A stretch of DNA of 64,000 nucleotides from Mycobacteriales bacterium (GTDB taxonomy: Bacteria; Actinomycetota; Actinomycetes; Mycobacteriales; CADCTP01), in NCBI GenBank assembly GCA_045806925.1, contig JBJMII010000123.1, forward strand, positions 1,806 through 65,805, written 5' to 3'. The notes below the pieces were generated by a model. The model had not been told where the DNA came from, made no database searches, and saw nothing but the letters and a program-made list of their open reading frames with translations. Shown here piece by piece: positions 1 to 9,477 of this stretch (positions are counted from its first letter, which is position 1; every line of letters begins with the position of its first letter). The translations under genes were made by a program, and so were the position numbers.

Positions 1-87
1 CGCGCGGAATTCGGAACTGGCGAAGAGAGCGCGATACGTGGCCGGCTGAGCCGGCGGCACGTTGCGCCTGTCTCCCCCTACCGTCAC
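1..87 (-). CDS. partial CDS (N-terminus only, continues past the left window edge), possibly an MFS-type transporter
   Basis: The GTG at 87 lies 6 nt downstream of a GGAGG (revcomp of 94-98). The translation is VTVGGDRRNVPPAQPATYRALFASSEFRA, and a YRxLFxxxEFRA-like start is common in actinobacterial MFS proteins. Only 29 codons are visible. Confidence 0.3.
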   Translation of the reverse strand, partial: MTVGGDRRNVPPAQPATYRALFASSEFRA

Positions 88-203
88 GCTCGGCCTCCCG
101 CTCCTGTTCGTTCCAGTCTGATGCAGATCGTCATCTGAGCGAAGAGCCTAAGGGATGTCTGTTCCTTGGGGCAGAGTGGTTTCACCCGAACGGCCGCTCG
201 AAC

Positions 204-1145
204 TCACGGCTGGTAGCCGGCCACGCGGGTCACCACAAGCTCCGCCACGGGCTGCGCCTTTCCCTGGGTGGTCACCGACAGCCAGGACGACGCGACCTCC
301 AGGTCCACCCCGGTGCCGCCCCGGCCAGGGCCGTCCGAGCAGTCCACGGTCACCGTGCACGGCCGCGTCCGGAGCAGGTCCGGCCGCAGCACCTGCACCA
401 CCGCGACCGCGTCGTGCACCGCGACCGCGGTGGTCCGCCGGGTGCGATGGTAGAACTCGACCGCGTCGCCGAGCATTGCCGCGGCGGCCCGCCCCGGCGG
501 CCCGCCTGCGGCCAGCCGGCGGATCGCGGCCTCGTCCAGCGGCACCGCGAAGGTCACGTCCAGCACGACCAGGGTGGTGGGCACCGGGTTGGGCAGACCG
601 GGATCGGTGAGCACCCGGTACGCCGCCTCCGGGTCGGCCCAGACGTTGAACTCCGCGGTCGCCGTGACGTTGCCCGCCCCGATCGACCCGCCCATCACCA
701 CCAGCCGGTCCAGCCGGGCCGCCAGCTCCGGGTGCAGCGCGTAGAAGAGCGCCACGTTCGTCAGCGGGCCGACCGCGACCAGGGTGACCGGCTCGGCCGC
801 ACCGGCGACGGTGTCCGCGAGCAGCTGGACGGCGTGCCGGGGGTCGGCCGGCCCGGCCGGCTCCGGCAGCTGCGCGCCCCGGACCCCGTCCTCTCCGTGC
901 ACGTACGCGGCCCGCGCGGGCTGGCTGCGCACCAGCGGCCGGGGTGCCCCGGCGGCGACCGGTACGTCCGGGCGGCCGGCCAGCGTGAGCACCCGCAGCG
1001 CGTTGCGGGTGGTGTGCTCCAGCCCGGCGTTGCCGCCGACGGTGGTCACCCCGAGCAGCCGCACCTCCGGGCTGGCGCAAGCGAGCAGCAGCGCGACCGC
1101 GTCGTCGATGCCCGGGTCGCAGTCGATGAGCAGCGGGACGGTCAC
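204..1145 (-). CDS. nucleoside hydrolase (inosine-uridine-preferring, IUNH family)
   Basis: The N-terminus VTVPLLIDCDPGIDDAVALLLA carries the Asp cluster typical of the IUNH family, and similarity runs over all 313 aa. The GTG start overlaps the rbsK stop (GTGA at 1142-1145). The listed 718-aa ORF is a shadow extension. Confidence 0.9.
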   Translation of the reverse strand: MTVPLLIDCDPGIDDAVALLLACASPEVRLLGVTTVGGNAGLEHTTRNALRVLTLAGRPDVPVAAGAPRPLVRSQPARAAYVHGEDGVRGAQLPEPAGPADPRHAVQLLADTVAGAAEPVTLVAVGPLTNVALFYALHPELAARLDRLVVMGGSIGAGNVTATAEFNVWADPEAAYRVLTDPGLPNPVPTTLVVLDVTFAVPLDEAAIRRLAAGGPPGRAAAAMLGDAVEFYHRTRRTTAVAVHDAVAVVQVLRPDLLRTRPCTVTVDCSDGPGRGGTGVDLEVASSWLSVTTQGKAQPVAELVVTRVAGYQP

Positions 1146-1996
1146 GCCGGCACCAGCGCGTCCACGTCGGCGGCCCGGGGCAGTGCCGGCTGGGCGCCGG
1201 GCCGGCTCGCCGCCGCCGCGCCCGCCGCGCAGGCCCGGCGCAGCGCCGTGCGGCGGTCCAGGCCGGCCAGCAGGCCCACCACCAGCGCCGCGGTGAAGGC
1301 GTCGCCGGCGCCGGTGCCGTCCACCGCGGTCACCGTCGGCGGGGCCGCCGCGGCCACCTCCCGGCCGGCCTCCAGCAGCACGGCCCCGTCCGCTCCGGCG
1401 GTCACCGCGATCAGCCGGGCCCGGTCCAGCCCGTCCAGCTCGGCGTGCTCGCCCTGGTTGGCCACCACCAGGTCGGCCCGGTCCAGCACGGCGGGCGGCA
1501 CCGGACCGGCCGGTGCGGTGTTCAGGCAGAACAGCGCGGCCGCCGGGGCGTGCGCCGCCGCGGCGGCCACCGTCTGCACCGGCACCTCCAGCTGGCAGAG
1601 CACCGCGTCCGCGCCGGCCAGGTCGTCGGCGGTCACGGCGAGCCGGGCGTTCGCGCCCGGCACCACCACGATCATGTTCTCGCCGGCCTCGTCCACCACG
1701 ATCAGCGCGACCCCGGTCGGCGCGTCCGGGACGACGCGCACCCTGCCCAGGTCGACCCCGTCGGCGACCAGCAGGGCCAGCGCCTCGGTGCCGGCGGCGT
1801 CCTGGCCCACCGCCGCCACCAGCGCGACGTCGGCACCGAGGCGGCGGGCGGCAAGCGCCTGGTTGGCGCCCTTGCCGCCGGGCACCCGCCGGTAGTCGGT
1901 GGCCCGGACGGTGTCCCCGCCGGCGGGCAGCCGGGCTACCCGCGCGACCAGGTCCAGGTTCACGCTGCCGACGACCACGACGCGCATGAAGCTCAC
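1142..1996 (-). CDS. rbsK: ribokinase (PfkB family)
   Basis: It has VVVVGSVNLDL, GGKGANQA and a C-terminal DGTGAGDAF motif. An alternative start is the MRVVVVG ATG at 1987. Confidence 0.9.
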   Translation of the reverse strand: MSFMRVVVVGSVNLDLVARVARLPAGGDTVRATDYRRVPGGKGANQALAARRLGADVALVAAVGQDAAGTEALALLVADGVDLGRVRVVPDAPTGVALIVVDEAGENMIVVVPGANARLAVTADDLAGADAVLCQLEVPVQTVAAAAAHAPAAALFCLNTAPAGPVPPAVLDRADLVVANQGEHAELDGLDRARLIAVTAGADGAVLLEAGREVAAAAPPTVTAVDGTGAGDAFTAALVVGLLAGLDRRTALRRACAAGAAAASRPGAQPALPRAADVDALVPA

Positions 1997-2052
1997 CCTT
2001 GCAGACCCCGTCCGGACGAGCGGCGCCGCCGTCCGGCTGACAGGATCGTCTG

Positions 2053-3858
2053 ATGTTCACCACGCGGCCGGTGCTGTCCGGGACGTTCGGCATGGTGGCC
2101 TCCACGCACTGGCTGGCCAGCGCCGCCGGGATGGCCGTGCTGGAGGCCGGCGGCACCGCCGCGGACGCCGCCGCTGCGGCGGGTTTCGTGCTGCACGTGG
2201 TCGAGCCGCACCTCAACGGGCCGGGCGGCGACCTGCCGGTGCTGCTGGCGAGCGCGGCCGACCCGCGGCCGACGGTGCTGTGCGCCCAGGGGCCGGTGCC
2301 GGCCGCGGCCACCGTCGGTCGGCTGCGCGACGAGCTGGGGCTGTCCCTGGTGCCGGGCACCGGACCGCTGGCGGCGGTGGTCCCGGGCGCCGTCGGCGGC
2401 TGGCTGGCGCTGCTGCGTGACCACGGCCGGCTGCCGCTGCGGGACGTCCTGGCGTACGCGATCGGCTGCGCCGAGGACGGTCACCCGGTGCTGCCCCGGG
2501 TGGCGGCCACGATCGCGGCCAGCGCGGAGCTGTTCGAGAAGCACTGGCCCACCTCCGCCGAGCGGTGGCTGCCGGCCCCGGCGGCGGGCGAGCGGTGGCG
2601 GCAGCCGGCGCTGGCCGGCACCTACCGGCGGCTGCTGGCCGAGGCGGAGGCGGCCGGCCCGGACCGGGAGGCGCAGCTGGAGGCCGCGCACCAGGCCTGG
2701 TACGCGGGCTTCGTGGCCGATGCGGTCGACCGCTTCGCCGCCCGGGAGTGGATGGACGACTCCGGCCGGCCGCACTCCGGCCTGCTCACCGGCGCCGACC
2801 TCGCCGGCTGGCGTCCCGCGTACGAGCCGCCGGTGACGCTGGACTGGGGCGGCTGGACGGTGGCCAAGCCGGCCGCCTGGAGCCAGGGCCCGGTGCTGCT
2901 GCAGCAGCTCGCCCTGCTCGACCCGGGCGACCTGCCGCCGCTCGGCAGCGCCGAGCTGCTGCACCGGGCGGTGGAGGCGACCAAGCTCGCGTTCGCCGAC
3001 CGGGAGGCCTGGTACGGCGACGTGCCGGACGTGCCGCTGGCCGAGCTGCTGAGCCCGGCTTACACCGCCACCCGCCGCGTCTCGATCGGCGCGGACGCCG
3101 ACCTGGAGCTGCGGCCCGGCTCGCCCGGCGGCCGCGAGCCGCGGCTGCCGGCGTACGAGGTCGCCGGCGAGGACGACGAGGGACCCGGCTCGGCACTGCC
3201 GGCCCTGGGCGAGCCGACGGTATCGATCGGTCTTCGCGCAAGCGGCTCATCCGGGCAGAGAGAAGGCGACCGCGGCGACACCTGCCACGTCGACGTCGTC
3301 GACCGGTGGGGCACGCTGATCTCGGCGACCCCGTCCGGCGGCTGGCTGCAGAGCGCGCCCACCATCCCCGAGCTCGGCTTCAGCCTCGGCACCCGGGCCC
3401 AGATGACCTGGCTGCAGGACGGGCTGCCGTCCACGCTGCGGCCGGGCCGCCGACCGCGGACCACCCTGTCACCGACGCTGGTGCTGCGGGACGGCGAGCC
3501 GGTGCTCGCCTGCGGCACCCCCGGAGGTGACCAGCAGGACCAGTGGCAGCTGTGCTTCCTGCTCGGTCACCTCGGGCACGGGCTGGACCTGCAGGCGGCC
3601 ATCGACGCGCCGGCCTGGCACTGCACCTCGTTCCCGTCCTCGTTCGCGCCGCGGCGGGCGGTGCCGGGCGAGGTCGTCGTCGAGGAGCGGGTCGGTCCCG
3701 AGGTGGTCGCCGAGCTGCGCCGCCGCGGCCACCGGGTGGTGGTCTCGGCCGGCTGGTCGCTCGGCCGGCTGTCCGCGGCGGCGCGGGACCCGCGGACCGG
3801 CCTGCTGTCCGCGGCCGCCAACCCGCGTGGCATGCAGGGGTACGCGGCTGGCCGCTGA
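2053..3858 (+). CDS. ggt: gamma-glutamyltransferase family protein
   Basis: This 601-aa frame has GMVASTHWLASAAG, GGTAADAA, NGPGGD, and a nucleophile region ...GDTCHVDVVDRWG...SGGW typical of the Ntn-hydrolase GGT family. Confidence 0.9.
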   Translation: MFTTRPVLSGTFGMVASTHWLASAAGMAVLEAGGTAADAAAAAGFVLHVVEPHLNGPGGDLPVLLASAADPRPTVLCAQGPVPAAATVGRLRDELGLSLVPGTGPLAAVVPGAVGGWLALLRDHGRLPLRDVLAYAIGCAEDGHPVLPRVAATIAASAELFEKHWPTSAERWLPAPAAGERWRQPALAGTYRRLLAEAEAAGPDREAQLEAAHQAWYAGFVADAVDRFAAREWMDDSGRPHSGLLTGADLAGWRPAYEPPVTLDWGGWTVAKPAAWSQGPVLLQQLALLDPGDLPPLGSAELLHRAVEATKLAFADREAWYGDVPDVPLAELLSPAYTATRRVSIGADADLELRPGSPGGREPRLPAYEVAGEDDEGPGSALPALGEPTVSIGLRASGSSGQREGDRGDTCHVDVVDRWGTLISATPSGGWLQSAPTIPELGFSLGTRAQMTWLQDGLPSTLRPGRRPRTTLSPTLVLRDGEPVLACGTPGGDQQDQWQLCFLLGHLGHGLDLQAAIDAPAWHCTSFPSSFAPRRAVPGEVVVEERVGPEVVAELRRRGHRVVVSAGWSLGRLSAAARDPRTGLLSAAANPRGMQGYAAGR

Positions 3859-3881
3859 GCACCCGGCGAGGCGTGCCGGCC

Positions 3882-5006
3882 TCAGTCCTTCGGCCGCCGG
3901 CGGTGCGGCAGCTGGATGTCCTCCTCGGCCGGCTGCCCTGCCACCAGCTCCCGGCCGCGCTCCAGCTCCGCGTTCACCTCGGCGCCGAAGAGGATCACCA
4001 GGTTGGTGATCCACAGCCAGACCAGGAACGAGATGACCGCACCGAGCGACCCGTAGGTCTTGTTGTACGACCCGAAGTTGGCGACGTAGAAGCCGAACGC
4101 GACTGATGCGATCACCCACAGCACCAGCGCGAGGAACCCGCCGAGGGTGAACCAGCGGAACCTCGGCTGCTTGACGTTCGGCGCGATGTGGTAGAGCCCG
4201 GCGATCATCAAGCTGACGATCACCACGATCAGCGGCCACTTGACGATGTTCCACACCGTCACTGTGGTGCTGCCCAGGCCGATCGCGTCGCCGATCGCCT
4301 CCGCGACCCGACCGCTGGACACGATCGCCAGCGTGATGATCGTCAGCAGCAGGACGCCGGCGATCGTCACCAGGATCTGCAGCGGGCGCAGGATGTAGAA
4401 CTTGCGGCCCTCCTTGACCTCGTAGATCGCGTTCGAGGCGCGGATGAACGCGCCGACATAGCCGGCCGCCGACCACAGCGCGCCGATCAGGCCGATGCCG
4501 AGCAGGGCGCCGGCGCCGCCGCGCTGCTGGACCACCTGCGTGATCGGGTCCTTCAGGGCGTTCACCGCGTCCTGCGGCGCGCCCATGTCCGTGACGATCT
4601 GGATCAGCTTGTCGACCGTGTCCTGGCCCTGCCCGAAGACGCCGAGCAGGGAGACGAAGACGATCAGCGCCGGGAAGATCGACAGCACCGAGTAGTAGGT
4701 CAGCGCGGCAGCCCAGTCGGTGATGTTGTCGTCCTTGGACTCCCGGAAGGCCCGCTTGGCCACCCCGAGCCAGGTCCGCTTGTCCAGGTCGGTGGGGGAG
4801 CCGGGCTTGCGCGGGTCGTCCGGTGCGAGCCGCTGCCCGTCCGGCCGGTCGGCGGGATCCTGCCCCCGGTCGTCGGCGACCTCGTCGGGGTGCTGCTGCG
4901 TCCGGGTGTCGTCCCGGTGGCGGGAGAAGAGGGGCATCCGGGGCTCCGGGTCGGTTCGGCGAGGGCGGTCTGACTGGCTGTGCCCCGTGTCGGCCGTCCC
5001 ATTCAC
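3882..5006 (-). CDS. YihY/BrkB family inner-membrane protein
   Basis: It has [24 protein letters not shown] followed by multiple TM segments. The N-terminal ~70 aa are hydrophilic, and the start is uncertain (alternative ATG near 4938). Confidence 0.85.
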   Translation of the reverse strand: MNGTADTGHSQSDRPRRTDPEPRMPLFSRHRDDTRTQQHPDEVADDRGQDPADRPDGQRLAPDDPRKPGSPTDLDKRTWLGVAKRAFRESKDDNITDWAAALTYYSVLSIFPALIVFVSLLGVFGQGQDTVDKLIQIVTDMGAPQDAVNALKDPITQVVQQRGGAGALLGIGLIGALWSAAGYVGAFIRASNAIYEVKEGRKFYILRPLQILVTIAGVLLLTIITLAIVSSGRVAEAIGDAIGLGSTTVTVWNIVKWPLIVVIVSLMIAGLYHIAPNVKQPRFRWFTLGGFLALVLWVIASVAFGFYVANFGSYNKTYGSLGAVISFLVWLWITNLVILFGAEVNAELERGRELVAGQPAEEDIQLPHRRRPKD

Positions 5007-5044
5007 GCCCGGCGCAGGCAGCCGCCCCCGCGTACCGTTGGTGC

Positions 5045-5722
5045 GTGCTCTTCTCCCGCGCCAAGACCCAGCTGCCCACGCCCGAGCAGGCGCTGCCCGG
5101 CCGCTCCGACTACCCGTTCGAGGTGCCGTCGACGCACGCCGTCACGGGCAACCCGATCCAGCCGCCGTTCCCGGACGGGCTGGTCACCGCGGTCTTCGCG
5201 CTCGGCTGCTTCTGGGGCGAGGAGAAGGCGTTCTGGCAGGTTCCCGGGGTGTGGTCGACCGCCGCCGGCTACACCGGCGGCACCACCGCCTACCCGACGT
5301 ACCAGGAGGTCTGCTCCGGGCGGACCGGTCACGCCGAGGCCGTGCTGGTGGTCTTCGACCCGGACAGGGTGTCGTACGAGCAGCTGCTGCAGGTCTTCTG
5401 GGAGCAGCACGACCCGACCCAGGGGATGCGGCAGGGCAACGACGTCGGCACCCAGTACCGGTCGGCCATCTACTACGCGTCGGACCCGCAGAAGGCCGTC
5501 GCCGAGGCCTCCCTCGCCGCCTACCAGCAGAAGCTGACCGCCGCCGGCTACGGCACCATCACCACCACCATCGAGCCGGCCGGCCCCTTCTACTACGCCG
5601 AGGCCTACCATCAGCAGTACCTGGTGAAGAACCCCTGGGGCTACTGCCCCGACAACGGCACCGGCGTCTCCTGCCCGGTCGGCCTGTTCGGTTCCGGCCA
5701 CCAGGAGCCCACCGGTGCTTGA
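5045..5722 (+). CDS. msrA: peptide-methionine (S)-S-oxide reductase
   Basis: The GCFWG active-site motif ([14 protein letters not shown]) is present and the protein aligns end to end with E. coli-type MsrA. I chose the GTG at 5045 because the N-terminus ([19 protein letters not shown]) matches MsrA N-termini. Confidence 0.95.
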   Translation: MLFSRAKTQLPTPEQALPGRSDYPFEVPSTHAVTGNPIQPPFPDGLVTAVFALGCFWGEEKAFWQVPGVWSTAAGYTGGTTAYPTYQEVCSGRTGHAEAVLVVFDPDRVSYEQLLQVFWEQHDPTQGMRQGNDVGTQYRSAIYYASDPQKAVAEASLAAYQQKLTAAGYGTITTTIEPAGPFYYAEAYHQQYLVKNPWGYCPDNGTGVSCPVGLFGSGHQEPTGA

Positions 5723-5808
5723 CCGGGCCACCGCCCGGACCACTGCGATCGGTGTCTGCTGCCCGGTTGGCCTGTTCTCGAACGACGCGGCGCCGTCGGG
5801 CTGACAGC

Positions 5809-5931
5809 TCACATCCGTGCTCGGCGTCGATCCTCGAGCCGGTAGGTCCGCTGCCGGCCGGCCGTCCGGGAGGACACCAAGCCGGCCTCGGGCAGCACCC
5901 TGAGGTGCTCGGAGACCGCCGGTCGTGGAAG
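5809..5931 (-). pseudogene. remnant of an ArsR/SmtB-family HTH regulator (recognition helix and wing only)
   Basis: It translates as ..VSEHLRVLPEAGLVSSRTAGRQRTYRLEDRRRARM*, matching the ArsR VSxHLxxLxxAGLV..R.G....Y.L signature. There is no start codon. The upstream part (..GRAAEVLTSTTGG) is only readable in another frame that overlaps the cupin tail, which implies a frameshift plus truncation. Confidence 0.4.
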
Positions 5932-6324
5932 TCAGGACCTCGGCGGCTCGTCCTGGCCGGACTCCTCCGCCTCCTCGGCCTCCTGCTTGGAGTGGTGGAC
6001 CGCGCCGGGGGCGTGCTCGGGCGGCGCGTAGACGGTGTAGAGGACGAGCGGGTTGGGCCCGGTGTTGACGAAGTTGTGGTTGGTGCCGGCCGGCACCGCG
6101 ACCAGGTCGCCCGGCTCCACTGTGCGCTTCTGGCCGCCGACCCGCGCCTCGCCGACGCCGCTGACGAAGCTGAGGACCTGGTCGGTGTCCTCGTGCACCT
6201 CCTCTCCGATCTCGCCGCCGGCGGGGATGGTCATGATGACGAGCTGGCTGTGCGCACCGGTCCACAGCACCCGGCGGAAGTCGTTGCTCTTCTCGGCCAC
6301 CGTCGCGATGGTGAAGTGCTCCAT
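5932..6324 (-). CDS. cupin domain protein
   Basis: This is a 130-aa frame starting MEHFTIATVAEK, with a GGAGG-type SD just upstream. Cupin motifs are present (GGEIGEEVHEDTDQVLSFVSG ... PAGTNHNFVNTG), followed by an acidic low-complexity tail. Confidence 0.8.
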   Translation of the reverse strand: MEHFTIATVAEKSNDFRRVLWTGAHSQLVIMTIPAGGEIGEEVHEDTDQVLSFVSGVGEARVGGQKRTVEPGDLVAVPAGTNHNFVNTGPNPLVLYTVYAPPEHAPGAVHHSKQEAEEAEESGQDEPPRS

Positions 6325-6420
6325 GCCTCCTCGGTGCCCGGGGAGCCCGTCGCCCAACCCGGCGCGGCGGCCCGGGTGGCGGGGCGGCGCAGCCGACTTT
6401 CCGCGCCCTACGCTGGCCCG

Positions 6421-6665
6421 GTGTCCGAGGGCTTCGTGCTGGACCGGGTCGACGTCGGGGAGGCGGTGCTGCGGGTCCGGCACGGCGGCTCCGGCCCGCC
6501 CGTGCTGCTGCTGCACGGGCACCCGCGCACGCACGCGACCTGGCTTCCCGGGCCAGACCGCGAAGCCGGCCGAGCAGGTGATCGGCGTCGACCCGGACGC
6601 CTGGTACGGCGGGGACGCGGCGGCGATGGGCGACGAGGCGTACCGGGACTTCCGGCGGGCGTCGA
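6421..6665 (+). pseudogene. decayed alpha/beta-hydrolase (haloacetate-dehalogenase/epoxide-hydrolase-like) remnant
   Basis: The N-terminal piece is VSEGFVLDRVDVGEAVLRVRHGGSGPPVLLLHGHPRTHATW. At 6544 it jumps frame into FPGQTAKPAEQVIGVDPDAWYGGDAAAMGDEAYRDFRRA, which corresponds to the cap-domain region of this family. The nucleophile elbow and the C-terminal His region are absent. Confidence 0.55.
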
Positions 6666-6688
6666 CTGAAAGCCGGCACCATGGGCGG

Positions 6689-7327
6689 ATGCCATCGCCG
6701 GCTCACCGTCCGGGCCTCACCCAACGGCTGACCGAGCGGGGCCTGCCGGCGGTGCGCGCGCAGCTCGCCCATCCGACGGTGGCCGGCATCGCCCGCGGCG
6801 ACCTCGACCCGGCGGTCTTCCGGTCCTGGCTCGAGCAGGACTACCTCTTCCTCCTCGACTACGTCCGGGTCTTCTCCCGGCTGGCCTGGCAGGCGCCCGA
6901 CGACCACCTCGGCGACCTGGTCGACCTGGCGCACTCCAGCTGGCACGAGGAGCTGTCCCTGCACCGGGAGCTGGCCGCCGACTTCGGCGCCGACCTCGCC
7001 GGCGCCACCGCCGGTCCGGCGACGGCGGCGTACACGGCCTTCCTGCTGGACGCGGCGGCCGGCTACGGGCGCGGGCTGGCGGCGCTGCTGCCGTGCATGT
7101 GGGGCTACTCGACGCTCGGCCGGATGCTGGCCGAGCGGCCGCCGCGGGAGCCGCGGTACGCCCGGTGGGTGGCGACGTACGCGGACCCGGGCTTCGCCGC
7201 GCTCGCCCGCCGCTGCGCCCAGATGCTGGACGAGGCGGCGCAGGCGGGGCTGGTCGACGAGCGGACTGCCACGGAGGCCTTCGACGCCGGGATGCGACAC
7301 GAGCTCGCCTTCTGGGACGTGCCGTAA
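6689..7327 (+). CDS. tenA: TenA-family aminopyrimidine aminohydrolase (thiaminase II)
   Basis: This 212-aa frame has HPTVAGIARGDLDPAVFRSWLEQDYLFLLDY and a LLPCMWGY Cys motif, ending HELAFWD. Confidence 0.85.
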   Translation: MPSPAHRPGLTQRLTERGLPAVRAQLAHPTVAGIARGDLDPAVFRSWLEQDYLFLLDYVRVFSRLAWQAPDDHLGDLVDLAHSSWHEELSLHRELAADFGADLAGATAGPATAAYTAFLLDAAAGYGRGLAALLPCMWGYSTLGRMLAERPPREPRYARWVATYADPGFAALARRCAQMLDEAAQAGLVDERTATEAFDAGMRHELAFWDVP

Positions 7328-7512
7328 CGGCCAGGGGCGGCGGGAACCGGGACACCCTCCGTGATCGGCCGTGTCGACGACGAGATCACCTCAGCGCTGC
7401 TCAGCAGGGACATCTGCCATCCTGAACCGACCCGCGGATCGTACGAACGGCCGCTGATCACCTTGAGTGACCATCGCCCCGGACTCTTGGGGCATCGGGC
7501 ACACTGGACGCC

Positions 7513-8397
7513 GTGCCCGAGCTGCCCGAGGTCGAGGCGCTCGCCGCGTTCCTGCGCGAGCGGGCGGTGGGCCACGCCGTGGCCCGGCTCGACACCCCCG
7601 CGATCAGCGCGCTGAAGACCTTCGACCCGCCGCCGGGCGCCCTCGCCGGGTTGGAGGTCAGCGGCGCCGGCCGGCACGGCAAGTTCCTCGACCTGGAGAT
7701 CGGCGGGTCCGCGCCGGGCGCCACGGACGCGCTGCACATGGTCGTGCACCTCGCCCGGGCCGGCTGGCTGCACTGGCGGGACTCGCTGCCGCCCGCGCCG
7801 CCCAAGCCCGGTCGCGGCCCGGTCGCGGCCCGGCTGCACCTCGACGACGGCAGCGGCTTCGACCTGACCGAGCAGGGCACCCAGAAGAAGCTCGCCGTCT
7901 ACCTGGTCCGCGCGGTGACCGACGTGCCCGGCATCGCCCGGCTCGGCCCGGACGCACTCGACCCCGCGGTGACCGCCGAGCGGCTCGGCGAGCTGCTCAA
8001 GGCGCACGGCGGGCAGCTCAAGGGCGCACTCACCGACCAGTCGCTGATCGCCGGCGTCGGCAACGCGTACTCCGACGAGATCCTGCACATCGCCAAGCTG
8101 TCGCCGTTCAAGCCGGCCGGCCGGCTGTCCGAGGCGGAGCTGTCCCGGCTGCACGCCGCGCTGGTCACCACCCTGCGGGACGCGGTGGAGCGGTCGATCG
8201 GGCAGAAGGCCGCGACGCTCAAGGCGGAGAAACGGTCCGGCCTGCGGGTGCATGCCCGGACCGGGCTGCCCTGCCCGGTCTGCGGGGACACCGTCCGCGA
8301 GGTGTCCTTCGCGGCCAAGTCCATGCAGTACTGCCCGACCTGCCAGACCAACGGCCAGCCGCTGGCCGACCGCCGGCTGTCCAAGCTGCTGAAGTAG
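7513..8397 (+). CDS. Fpg/Nei-family DNA glycosylase/AP lyase
   Basis: The N-terminus is (M)PELPEVE with the catalytic Pro2/Glu3. An H2TH region is present, and the C-terminal zinc finger is CPVCGDTV...YCPTCQ. Confidence 0.9.
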   Translation: MPELPEVEALAAFLRERAVGHAVARLDTPAISALKTFDPPPGALAGLEVSGAGRHGKFLDLEIGGSAPGATDALHMVVHLARAGWLHWRDSLPPAPPKPGRGPVAARLHLDDGSGFDLTEQGTQKKLAVYLVRAVTDVPGIARLGPDALDPAVTAERLGELLKAHGGQLKGALTDQSLIAGVGNAYSDEILHIAKLSPFKPAGRLSEAELSRLHAALVTTLRDAVERSIGQKAATLKAEKRSGLRVHARTGLPCPVCGDTVREVSFAAKSMQYCPTCQTNGQPLADRRLSKLLK

Positions 8398-8418
8398 TCG
8401 CTCAACCCGTGCGGCAGG

Positions 8419-9396
8419 ATGAGCTGGGTGCGCATCGTGGTCGTGGGTGGCGGTGTCGTCGGTCTGACCTGCGCGCACCGGCTGGTGCGGGTGGGGCATG
8501 AGGTGGAGGTGTGGAGCCGGGACGCGGTCGAGGACACCACCTCGGCGGTGGCCGCCGCGCTCTGGTATCCGTACAAGCCTCAAGCCCGCCTCCGGCCGGG
8601 GCATCTGCCGGAGGAGCGGGTCACCCGCTGGGCGGCGGTGACGTACGACATGCTGTCGATCCTGGCCGTCCGCCCGGAGACCGGGGTGCGGCTGGTCCGC
8701 GGCCGGGAGCTGAGCCGGAGCCCGCTGCCGGAGCCGTGGTGGGCTGCCGCGGTGCCGAAGCTCGGCCGGGTCTCGCCGGCGGAGCTGCCGCCCGGCTACG
8801 TCGACGGGTACGACTTCGCCTCCCCGGTCGTGCACATGCCGGTCTACCTGCGCTGGCTGGTGGACGAGCTGGCCGGGGCCGGGGTACGGGTGCGGCGCCG
8901 CGAGCTCGCCGACCTCGACCCGGCCCGGCGCGCGGCCGACCTCGTGGTGAACGCGACCGGCCTCGGTGCCCGGTGCCTGGCCGGCGATCGGGAGCTGACC
9001 GGCGTGCGCGGCCAGGTGGTCCGGCTCGCCGACCCCGGGCTGACCCGCTGGACGTTGGACGAGGGCCATCCTGCCGGCATGGTCTACGTGGTGCCGCGGG
9101 GCACCGATGTGGTCTGCGGTGGCACGGACGAGATCGCCGAGGACCAGCAGCCGGACCAGCAGCCGGACCGGGAACCGGACCCGCGGACCGCCGAGGCGAT
9201 CCTGGAGCGCTGCCGCGAGGTGGTGCCGGAGCTGACCGGCGCCCCCGTGCTCGGGCACGCGGTCGGCATCCGGCCGGTCCGGACCGCGGTCCGGGTGGAG
9301 CTGGAGGACGGGGTGCTGCACTGCTACGGGCACGGCGGCGCCGGGGTGACGCTGTCCTGGGGCTGCGCCGACGAGGTGGTCCGGCTCGCCGGCTGA
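8419..9396 (+). CDS. FAD-dependent oxidoreductase, D-amino-acid-oxidase-like
   Basis: It has the dinucleotide fold VVVGGGVVGLTCAHRL and a C-terminal HCYGHGGAGVTLSWG motif typical of the DAAO family. Confidence 0.85.
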   Translation: MSWVRIVVVGGGVVGLTCAHRLVRVGHEVEVWSRDAVEDTTSAVAAALWYPYKPQARLRPGHLPEERVTRWAAVTYDMLSILAVRPETGVRLVRGRELSRSPLPEPWWAAAVPKLGRVSPAELPPGYVDGYDFASPVVHMPVYLRWLVDELAGAGVRVRRRELADLDPARRAADLVVNATGLGARCLAGDRELTGVRGQVVRLADPGLTRWTLDEGHPAGMVYVVPRGTDVVCGGTDEIAEDQQPDQQPDREPDPRTAEAILERCREVVPELTGAPVLGHAVGIRPVRTAVRVELEDGVLHCYGHGGAGVTLSWGCADEVVRLAG

Positions 9397-9477
9397 CAGG
9401 TCCCGTCCGGTCACACCTGGGTGTCGGGTGTTGTCCCGCCATTGCCGAGGTGAGGTGCCGCCGGACACCATGCGGGA

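Noticed and set aside
88-203. The leftmost intergenic stretch was examined for a riboswitch or leader upstream of the partial minus-strand CDS.
   Set aside because: I recognised no conserved riboswitch core (B12 box, SAM, glycine, yybP or similar). It is only 116 nt and includes a plausible SD.
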